Source: Squalus acanthias (taxonomy: Eukaryota). Taken from it: a stretch of DNA of 64,000 nucleotides. The notes under the pieces are model-generated. The model was not told the origin of the DNA. It ran no database searches and saw only the letters and a program-made list of their open reading frames with translations. Each line of letters opens with the position of its first letter. Positions within the stretch are counted from its first letter, which is position 1. Below are positions 53,946 to 64,000 of this stretch, one piece after another. The stretch covers positions 100,070,001 to 100,134,000 of the forward strand of contig CM059431.1 of NCBI GenBank assembly GCA_030390025.1. Reading direction: 5' to 3'. The position numbers and the translations under genes are program-made.

Positions 53946-54342
53946 TTGGAGATGTACGATTTGTGTAACTGGTGCAGTGTGGTATCACAGCAACCTGGGG
54001 ACAGGTTCATACTCGTGATTCTACTACCTCGCCTCTGGCAGTAGACAGATGGCGCTGGATTTTCAAGTCCGGATAGCGATGGAAAATCAGCAGACGGGGC
54101 CTCCCATGCTACTCGTGTCCTGACCCCTATTTCCCTGCCAACCACCCCTTACCTCACCTGCTGTGTGTTAATTTTACCGGGGAAGTGGATTCCAAGAAGT
54201 CACCAAATTTCCCTCATGCTGCCGCGGTGTCCACTGACCTCCAGAACCAGTAGGTGGTAGTAGTCCCCGGAGCTGTAGTGGTAAATCGCCAAGGATGCTA
54301 GATGGAGGAAAGGGCCCAAGTAGCGGACTTCACTCCTCCATA

Positions 54343-54765
54343 GGTGTCGGCCGTGGCTCACCTCTCGCCTCCGAGTCAGAAGGTTCGTGGGTTCAAGAAC
54401 CACTCCAGAGATTTGAGCACAAAAATCTAGACTGAACACTCCCAGTCCAGTGCTGAGGGAGCGCCGCACTGTCAGAGGTGCCGTCTTTTGGATGAGACGT
54501 TAAACCGAGGCCCCGTCTGCTCTCTCAGGTGGACGTAAAAGATCCCATGGCACTATTTCGAAGAAGAGCAGGGTGGTTCTCCCCGGTGTCCTGGCCAATA
54601 TTTATCCCTCAACCAACATCACTAAAAACAGATGATTTGGTCATTATCTCGTTGCTGTTTGTGGGATCTTGCTATGCACATATTGGCTGCCGCGTTAACA
54701 GTGACCACTTCAAAAGTCATTCATTGGCTGTAAAGTGATTTGGGACGTCCTGAGGCCGTGAAAGT
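54343..54765 (+). mobile_element. DeuSINE, single unit
   Basis: Head, Deu domain and tail. Confidence 0.85.
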
Positions 54766-55019
54766 TATAGGCACCAAAGACTAACTTTTCTAGGCAAAAA
54801 ACAATCTCCAGTCCTCATCTTTGGAGCTTTTTCTTCCTCCTTTAAATTGCGTCGGACTCGTCAGGGGCTACAGCACTGGCCTTGTTGCTGCGCTCCCAGA
54901 ATCTCCGATACTTGTAACAGTAAGGTGTCCTCGAGATGGCGGGGACTCCGCCAGGAGCCTGCCTTGCTTACCAAATATTCCCAACCCACCGACTCCGTCC
55001 CCTCCCTGGCCATTGTCTA

Positions 55020-55605
55020 AAGCTGAACCAGACTGTTCGTGACCTTGGCATCCTTAATTGACCCTGAGCTGAGCTTCCAACCCCATACCCTCTCCATCGC
55101 CCGTCTCCACCCCAGCCTCAGCTCATCCGCTGCTCAAATCCTTATCCATGCATTTTTTTCTCCAGACTCAACTATTCCAACGCTCTCCTGGCTGGCCTCC
55201 CACATTCCACCCTCTGTAAACTTGAGCTCATCCAAAACTCCGCTGCCCGTGTCCTAACTCGCACCAAGTCCCGTTCGGCCATCACCCCCTGTTCTCGCTG
55301 ACCTACATTGGCTCCCGGTCCAGCAACGCCTCGATTTAAAAATTCTCAGCCTTGTCTTCAAATCCCTCCATGGCCTCGCCCCCTCCCTATCTCTCTAATC
55401 TCCTCCAGCCCTACATCCCTCCGAGATCTCTTCACTCCTTCAATTCTGGCCTCTTGCCCATCCCCGATTTTAATCGCTCCACCATTGGCGGCCGTGCCTT
55501 CAGCTGCCTGGGCCCTAAGCTCTGGAAATCTCCTCCCTAAACCTCGCTGCCTCTCTCACCTCCTTTAACACGCTCCTTAAAACCGACCTCCTTGACCAAG
55601 CTTTT
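55020..55605 (+). mobile_element. L2 LINE fragment
   Basis: cctacattggctcccgg (LHWLP); GGRAFS. Confidence 0.85.
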
Positions 55606-55794
55606 GGGAGCAAGAATTCTGTGCCACTGTGTCTCCAAGTGGTTGGTGATAATGTTTCATCTGATAATACCATGGGATGTATTGAAGATTTATTTTCAAT
55701 TCCTGTTGAGAATTGCTCTTTTTTTTCCCCAAGTAACCTGAAAAATATTTTAATAATTCTGATGAAGTTGGCATTTGTGGGTTACGAGATGATG

Positions 55795-56757
55795 CTCGAG
55801 GTGTTTCCCCTGGTTGGAGAGTCTAGAACTAGGGGGCATAGTCTCAGGATAAAGGGTCGGCCATTTAGGACTGAGATGAGGAAGAATTTCTTCACTCAGA
55901 GGGTGGTGAATCTTTGGAATTCTCTACCCCAGAGGGGTGTGAATGCTGAGTTGTTGAGTATATTCAAGGCTGAGATCGATAGATTTTTGGACTCTAGGGG
56001 AATCAAGGGATATGGAGATCGGGCGGGAAAGTGGAGTTCAGGTCGATGATCAGCCATGATCTTATTGAATGGCGGAGCAGGCTCGAGGGGCCGAATGGCC
56101 GACTCCTGCTCCTCATTTTTATGTTCTTGCATAATAAATTCAGTTTTACTACTCCTGATTGTGTCCCAAATTTATATGGTCTCTTTAAACAAACTTGTCA
56201 AGCTCATATCAGTTAATAGCATTGTGTTGCTTTTTTTCTATAATACATAGAACGATACCGCACAGGAGGAGGCCATTCGGCCCATCGTGCCTGTGCTGGC
56301 TCTTTGAAAGAGCTCTCCAATAAGTCCCACTCCCCCCTGCTCTTTCCCCAGAACCCTGTAAATTTTTCCCTTTCAAGTATTTATCCAATTCCCTTTTGAA
56401 AGTTACTATTGAATCTGCTTCCAGGCAGCGCATTCCAGTTCACAACAACTCACTGCGTAAAAAAAATTCTCCTCATCTCCCCTCTGGTTCTTTTGCCAAT
56501 TATCTTCAATCTGTGTCCTCTGGTTACCGACCCTCCTGCCACTGGAAACAGTTTCTCATTAACACCCCTCATAATTTTGAGCGCCTCTTAAATCTCTCCT
56601 TAACCTTCTCTGCTCTAAGGAGGACAATCCCAGCTTCTCCAGTCTCTCCACAAAACTGAAGTTACTCATCCCTGGCACCATTCCAGTAAATCTCCTCTGC
56701 ACCCTCTCCAAGGCCTTGACCTCCTTCCTAAAGTGTGGTGCGTAGAATTGGACACAA
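55795..56757. mobile_element. CR1 3' fragments (55795-56128 +; 56245-56757 -)
   Basis: RTRGHSLRIKG; ERVQRRFT. Confidence 0.85.
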
Positions 56758-57500
56758 TGCCCTTTTACCTCCTCCCTTCCCACTGTCCAGGGGCCCAAAC
56801 ACTCCTTCTAGGTGAAACAGCAATTTACTTGTACTTCTTACAATTTGGTATACTGTATTCGCTGCTCACGATGTGGTCTCCTCTACATTGTGGAGACCAA
56901 ATGCAGATTGGGTGACCGCTTTGCGGAACACCTCCGTTCAGTCCGTAAGGGTGACCCTGAGCTTCCTGTCGCCTGTCACTTTAATTCTCCGCTCCACTCC
57001 CACTCGGACCTCACCGTCCTCGGCCTCTTACACTGTTCCAATGAAGCTCAACGTAAGCTCGAGGAACAGCACCTCATCTTTCGACTAGGCACTTTACAGC
57101 CTTCTGGACTCAACATCGAGTTCAACAATTTCAGATCATAACCTCTGCCCCTATTTTTTCAGGCTGGCAGCTGTTGATGATTCTGCCATTCCCATTTACA
57201 CCTCTTCTAGACCCATCTTTTGTTTCTTTACTTGTCCCATTACCATCTCCTTTTGCCTCGCACCATCATCCCTTTTGTCATTTAATCTCTCCTACCTTCC
57301 ACCCTATCACAGACCTTCCCTTTCGTTCTTTCCTCCCTCACCCGCTTTCCCTGTCTCTGCACTTGCTTAAAATCTGTTATATCTCTAACTTTTTCCAGTT
57401 GTGACGATAGATCATCGACCTGAAACGTTAACTCTGTTTCTCTCCCCACAGATGCTGCCTGACCTGCTGAGTGTTCCCGGCATGCTCTGTTTTTATATTG
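56758..57500 (+). mobile_element. Penelope-like 3' fragment (GIY-YIG + tail with mutated hammerhead)
   Basis: CTSYNLVYCIRCSRCGLLYIVET; near-identical to 31870-32640. Confidence 0.9.
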
Positions 57501-57509
57501 GATACGATA

Positions 57510-58258
57510 CTTTTTTTTTTTTATTTGTTCATGAGATGTGAGCATCACTGGCAAGGCCAGCATTTATTGCCCATCCCTAATTGCCCTTGAGAAAGTGGTG
57601 GTGAGCCGCCTTCTTGAACCGCTGCAGTCCGTGTGGTGAAGGTGCTCCCACAGTGCTGTTAGGGAGGGAGTTCCAGGATTTTGACCCAGCGACGACGAAG
57701 GATCGGCCGATATACTTCTAAGTCAGGATGGTGTGTGACTTGGAGGGGAAGTTGGAGGTGGTGGTGTTCCATGCACCTGCTGCCCTTGTCCTTCTAGGTG
57801 GAAGAGGTCACGGGTTTGGGAGTTGCTGCAGTGCATCTTGTAGATGGTACACACTGCAGTCACGGTGCGCCGGTGGTGGAGGGAGTGAATGTTTAAGGTG
57901 GTGGATGGGGTGCCGATCAAGCGGGCTGCTTTGTCTTGGATGGTGTTGAGCTTCTTGAGTGTTGTTGGAGCTGCACTCATCCAGGCAAGTGGAGAGTATT
58001 CCATCACACTCCTGACTTGTGCCTTGTAGATGGTGGAAAGGCTTTAGGGAGTCAGGAGGTGAGACACTCGCTGCAGAATACCCAGCCTCTGACCTGTTCT
58101 TGTTGCCACAGTATTTATGTGGCTGGTCTAGTTAAGTTTCTGGTCAATGGGGACCCCCAGGATGTTGATGGTGGGGGATTCGGCGATGGTAATGCCGTTG
58201 AATGTCAAGGGGCGGTGGTTAGACTCTCGCTTGTTGGAGATGGTCATTGCCTGGCAAT
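57510..58258 (-). mobile_element. YSPLAW-type LINE 3' portion
   Basis: MEYSPLAWMSAAPTTLKKL. Confidence 0.87.
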
Positions 58259-58437
58259 TGTGTGGCTGTGCTTTATAAAGGTTCAGCATAACTTCCTTGC
58301 TTTTGTACTCTATGCCTCTGTTTGCAAAGTCAAGGATCCCGTATGCTTTTTTAACAGATGCTTTTGGATAGATTAGAGCTCATGCCCTAGAAATCAAAGC
58401 CTACTTATATTGTGAGCATGCTAAACATTTAACTTGA

Positions 58438-59118
<681 letters not shown>

Positions 59119-59682
59119 CCAGAGAGAAATGGAGAATCCACGTTAGTCCAAGAGTGTTGAATCAAATGCCTTTCTCTATTCCCTTAAGCATCCCGATAAA
59201 CCTCTAACTGACTGGCTTCAGCCGTCTGTGTCTGACGGAGTGTAGATGGCTGTCAGACTGCCACCCTGGACATGTTTTCTGATATGAAATGCCAAGAGGT
59301 AATGAGCAGGCAGCAGAGTAGAACGTTCAGAGGCTGTACATGGTTGCTAGTTCACTTATTCCCATCAGTTGAATAACAGTCAGCGTTTGTTACGTAACAG
59401 TTCCTGGAAGCAAACTTATTTTAGGTTGAAGTTTATATCACAAAGCATTTACAGCACAGAAACAGGCCATTCGGCCCAACTGGTCCGTGCCGGTGTTTAT
59501 GCTCCACACCAGCCTCCTCCCACCTCTCTTCATCTCACTCTATCTATATTCGGAAACACTTCATCAAGTTTTGCTTTTCAAGCATGCTTAGTAGTAGCTT
59601 CAATACAGTACCTTTTTTGAATTGCATTTTATTTTCCATACACTGTTAGAAGTAATAGAGAGAGAGTGTCCGGTAGTGCATA

Positions 59683-60118
59683 ATAATCATCATCATTTCG
59701 CATCTTCTCGCTCTTCCCTTGGGGACCAGTGTGAGGCAGTGGAAGGATTCACAGGCCGATTAACAGTCTGACAGGCCGCGACGTGACCACTCCTTCCATG
59801 GCCGTAACCATCTTTACACCAGCGGATAGGGGGGTCAGTCCTATACGCTGAAGGGGGGGCCACCCATGCCCACCGGACACGAGCATCCCGCTGGATGTCA
59901 ACCCAGAATTCAGAGCTGGGGCTCCGACCCCACTCGCCGGGACTGTCTGGAGTGGGGTTCAAACCCTGAACCTTCTGACCCCACTCGCTGGGACTGTCTG
60001 GAGTGGGGTTCGAGCCCTGCACCTTCTGACCCCACTCGCCGGGACTGTCGGGAGTGGGGTTCGAACCCTGAACCTTCTGACCCGGAGGCAGGAATGCTAC
60101 CCCTGAGCCAATGGCTCG
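59683..60118 (-). mobile_element. tRNA-derived SINE (family C) with a triplicated 51-bp B-box unit and (atg)n tail
   Basis: A box tggctcaggggtag; B box ggttcgaaccc x3 (units 59926-60078). Confidence 0.7.
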
Positions 60119-60216
60119 CTCCTTACATAATGACGAGCTCTCTCTCCCATTCCTCGACCACAACCCGACAGGGACATTAAAATATATACTCGTCATTTCC
60201 CTGTGACATTGTACAC

Positions 60217-60715
60217 GGGGCTGGATTTTACCACCCAAAATCACGTGGGTTGAGGTTGGGTCGGAGGTGAAAATTTAAAAAAATCTCAACCCCCAACCCG
60301 CTTTCAACGCGCCCACTTTAACAAAGGCAGGACAAGGGGGTGGGCAGCCAACCCACTCCCAGGAGGCGGGCTGGCAATTTAGATCTTTTAATCGGGCTGG
60401 CAGCCTCCTAATTAAACCTGCTTTGCGGGTTTTGCAGTGCGTTTCCCAGGCCTCAGGAAACCCGGCAGCTGAAGGGAGGCGAGGACAACTTCGAAGGGCA
60501 GGCAGGTGCCTTCACAGCACTGCTTGTGGGCCTGGAGAAGCCGGAGTGCCCCCCCACCACCCACCCCCCCCCCCCCCCCCCCCCCACACCATACAAAGAA
60601 CCCCGGGGTCTGGTATCGGACCTACCTGGTCCTGCGGCCTGCTCCGGAGTCCTTTGTGCCCAACTTGCAGCCAAGCCTGTCAATCGGGCTGAATTTTGGG
60701 TGGGGGGGACCTGTC
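60217..60715. mobile_element. MITE family M2, partial
   Basis: Start homologous to 35890. Confidence 0.5.
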
Positions 60716-60819
60716 AAGGACAAAAGACTCACACTGTGGAGTCAAGACCAAGTACAGCATTCGGGTCAAGCAAGTTAGAAAGCGCAAGGATATCTAGACC
60801 TGCCTGAGGAGTGGGTGTC

Positions 60820-61195
60820 AAGGAACATAGGAACAGGAGGAGGCCATTCAGCCCCTCGGGCTTGTTCCGCCATTCAATTAGACCATGGCTGATCTGCATC
60901 TCAACTCCAGCTACCCGCCTCGGTTCTGGATCCCTTAACACCCTTGTCTAGCAAAAATCTCTCAATCTCAGTTTTGAACTTTTTAATTGCCCCCCAACCT
61001 CAATAGCTTTTTGGGGGAGAGAGTTCCAGATTTCCACCACCCTTTGTGTGAAGAAGTGCTTCCTGACATCACCCCTGAACGGCCTGGCTCTAATTTTAAG
61101 GTGATGCCCCCTTGTTCTGGACTCCCCCCACCAGAGGAAATAGTTTTTCTCTCTCTACACTGTCAACTCCTTTAATCATCTTAAACACCTCGATT
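60820..61195 (-). mobile_element. CR1 3' fragment
   Basis: Same subfamily as 2975-3450. Confidence 0.85.
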
Positions 61196-61975
61196 TCCCG
61201 ACTGTCGAGCATCAACTTCACGTTCCTCACCAGCAGCGTTTAAATGATTAAATTTGAATTTGGGTCGCGGTGCAGGCTGGCGCGCTCTCGTCCGTTTCGG
61301 GTTCAAGTCGAACTTCTCCTTTCGGAGAAGAGGTTGAGAAACTGATGACATTGGAGAAGTTTTTTTTTTAAGACTCTACTTTTACCTTGTAGCTGACTTC
61401 ATTTTGCAAAATAGTACAGTTTGAGTTTTTAAAATGTGCACCACTGTTGGAGAAACACAAGACCTTCTCCAAAAAGAGCGCCGTTTCTCTGACATGGGCA
61501 GAGACCAGCTGTCAAAATGTCCCCTCGTCTCTCACTGAAACAAGTTTCCAAATTTCCCAAAGTTACCTCAAGTGAGAAGAGAGCTGCCATTTTATTCTGA
61601 TCCCTGAAGTTAAACTGATGTCAAGCTGAGTTTTAACCAGACTGGCATGGGAATGATGTCTTTTCTGTACTGTTCACATGAACAGGGCAAATATTTCAGT
61701 AACCTTCATCTGGCATCAGGCCACAGACTGTTATTGCTTCGACAGGAAGATCTTGAATCGCTGCGCCTGCTGAGAATAGCAAACTTGCTCACCGACTAAT
61801 CATTAAAAAACAAGACGGATCGTTAGATGCTTCCCGATGAATATTCATCGTCTCTTGTGGTTATTTTAAATGTTGATTTGATGCAAGAAGTTATCGATTC
61901 TCGCTCAGCAACTTTTTATTTATTCATTTTTTTAATTTTAATTTATTCATTCATGGAATATGGCCAGCATTTATT

Positions 61976-63000
61976 GTGTCAGCCGTGACTCAGTGGGCAG
62001 CACTCTCGCCTCTGAGTCAGAAGGTTGTGGGTTCAAATCCCACTCCAGAGACTCGAGCACATAATCTGGGCTGACACTCCAGCGCAGTACTGAGGGAGCG
62101 CCGCACTGTCAGAGGGGCAGTACTGAGGGAGCCCTGCACTGTCGGAGGGGCAGTACTGAGGGAGTGCCGCACTGTCAGAGGGGCAGTACTGAGGGAGCGC
62201 CGCACTGTCGGAGGGGCAGTACTGAGGGAGTGCCGCACTGTCGGAGGGGCGGTGCTGAGGGAGCCCCGCACTGTCGGAGGGGCAGTACTGAGGGAGCTCC
62301 GCACTGTCGGAGGAGCAGTACTGAGGGAGCGCCGCACTGTCGGAGGGGCAGTACTGAGGGAGCGGCGCACTGTCGGAGGGGCGGTACTGAGGGAGCGGCG
62401 CACTGTCGGAGGGGCGGTGCTGAGGGAGCGCTGCACTGTCGGAGGGGAAGTACTGAGGGAGTGCTGCACTGTCGGAGGGGCAGTACTGAGGGAGCGCCGC
62501 ACTGTTGGAGGGGCAGTACTGAGGGAGCGCCGCACTGTCGGAGGTGCAGTACTGAGGGAGCGCCGCACTGTCGGAGGGGCAGTACTGAGGGAGCGCCGCA
62601 CTGTCGGAGGGGCAGTACTGAGGGAGCGCCGCACTGTCGGAGGGGCAGTACTGAGGGAGCGCCGCACTGTCGGAGGTGCCGTTTTTCGGATGAGGCGTTA
62701 AACCAAGGCCCGTCTGCCCTCTCAGGTGGATGTAAAAGATCCCATGGCCACTATTTCGAAGAAGAGCTGGGGAGTTCTCCCCGGTGTCCTGGCCAATATT
62801 TATCCCTCAACCAACATCACTAAAACAGATCATCAGGTCATTATCACATTGCTGTTTGTGGGATCATGCTGTGCGCAAATTGGCTGCCATGTTTCCTACA
62901 TTACAACAGTGACAACACTTCAAAAGTACTTCATTGGCTGTAAAGCTTTGGGACGTCCTGAGATCGTGATAGGCGCGAAAGAAATGCAAGTCTTACTTTT
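61976..63000 (+). mobile_element. DeuSINE with 33-bp VNTR (18 units, ~62084-62675)
   Basis: Complete head, VNTR, Deu domain and tail. Confidence 0.9.
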
Positions 63001-63004
63001 CTTT

Positions 63005-64000
63005 TATTGCCCATCCCTAATTGCCCTCGAGAAGGTGGTGCTGAGCCGCCTTCTTGAACCGCTGTAGTCCGTGTGGTGAAGGTACTCCCACAGTGCTGTT
63101 AGGGAGGGAGTTCCAGGATTTTGACCCAGCGATGATAAAGAACGGCCGATATATTTCCAAGTCAGGATGGTGTGTGACTTGGAGGTGCTGCTGTTCCCAT
63201 TCACCTGCTGCCCTTGTCCTTCAAGGTGGAAGAGGTTGCGGGTTTGGGAGGTGCTGCCGAAGAAGCCTTGGCGAGTTGCTGCAGTGCATCCTGTAGATGG
63301 TACACACTGCAGCCACGGTGCGCCGGTGGTGGAGGGAGTGAATGTTTAAGGTGGTGGATGGGGTGCCAATCAAACCGGGTGCTTTTTCCTGGATGGTGTC
63401 GAGCTTCTTGAGTGTTGTTTGAGCTGCACTCATCCAGGCAAGTGGAGAGTATTCCATCACACTCCTGACTTATGCCTTGTAGATGGTGGAAACTAGCGTG
63501 ACATAAGATGTATCACTAATGTAAACACCTGCTTTATTCGTTCGCAACCATCTTCAACCAGAAGTGCCGAGTGGATGATCCATATCGGCCTACTCCTGAG
63601 GTCCCCACCATCACAGAAGCCAGTCTTCAGCCAATTCGATTCACTCCACCTGACATCAAGAAATGGCTGAGCGCACTGAATACAGCAAAGGCTGTGGGCC
63701 CCAACAATATCCCGGCTGTCGTGCTGAAGACTTGTGCTCCAGAACTAGCCATGCCTCTAGCACAAAGGAAGATGGTTGTGGTGGTTGGAGGTCAATTATC
63801 ACAGCCCCAGGACATTGCTGCAGGATAGTGTCTGAGGCCCAACCATCTTCAGCTGCTTCATGAATGAACTTCCCTCCATCATAAGTTCAGAAGTGGGGAT
63901 GTTAACTGATTGCACAGTGTACAGATCCATTCGCAATTCCTCAGATAATGAAGCAGTCCATGCAGCAAGACCTGAATGACATTCAGGATTGGGCTGATAA
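63005..64000. mobile_element. YSPLAW-type LINE pieces (63005-63490 -; internal ORF2 fragment 63535-64000 +)
   Basis: MEYSPLAW; KAVGPNNIPAVVLKTCAPELA. Confidence 0.82.

Noticed and set aside
61976..62050. tRNA genes (also ~7-90, 5330-5407, 60040-60118)
   Set aside because: These are A/B-box heads continuous with SINE bodies; I could not fold a complete cloverleaf

Overview
Repeat-dense vertebrate genomic DNA, almost certainly from a cartilaginous fish (shark), judging by the Deu-domain SacSINE1-like SINEs and HER1/CR1-like LINEs. The only host gene is an internal part of NALCN (sodium leak channel) on the + strand. Eight GT-AG coding exons (orthologous to human exons ~4-11) splice in frame and cover domain I S2-S3 through S6, including the SQEGW filter Glu, the I-II linker and the start of domain II. 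The introns are filled with 5'-truncated CR1, L2 and a third CR1-related LINE, three tRNA-derived SINE families, Penelope-like (RT + GIY-YIG) relics and several non-autonomous DNA transposons. Most tabulated ORFs are TE fragments or repeat artefacts. Most interesting: (1) minimal hammerhead-ribozyme motifs in Penelope-like tails, sense to the NALCN pre-mRNA; (2) a DeuSINE subfamily carrying a 33-bp VNTR of 10-18 units with a shared derived junction; (3) a ~750-bp MITE family with co-varying palindromes and repeated perfect AG|GTAAGT donors; (4) a young CR1 subfamily with a duplicated, A-to-G-skewed 3' tail, present as an inverted pair around exons 7-10; (5) a SINE with a triplicated B-box. Family names and human comparisons are from recall, not database searches; TE boundaries are approximate.
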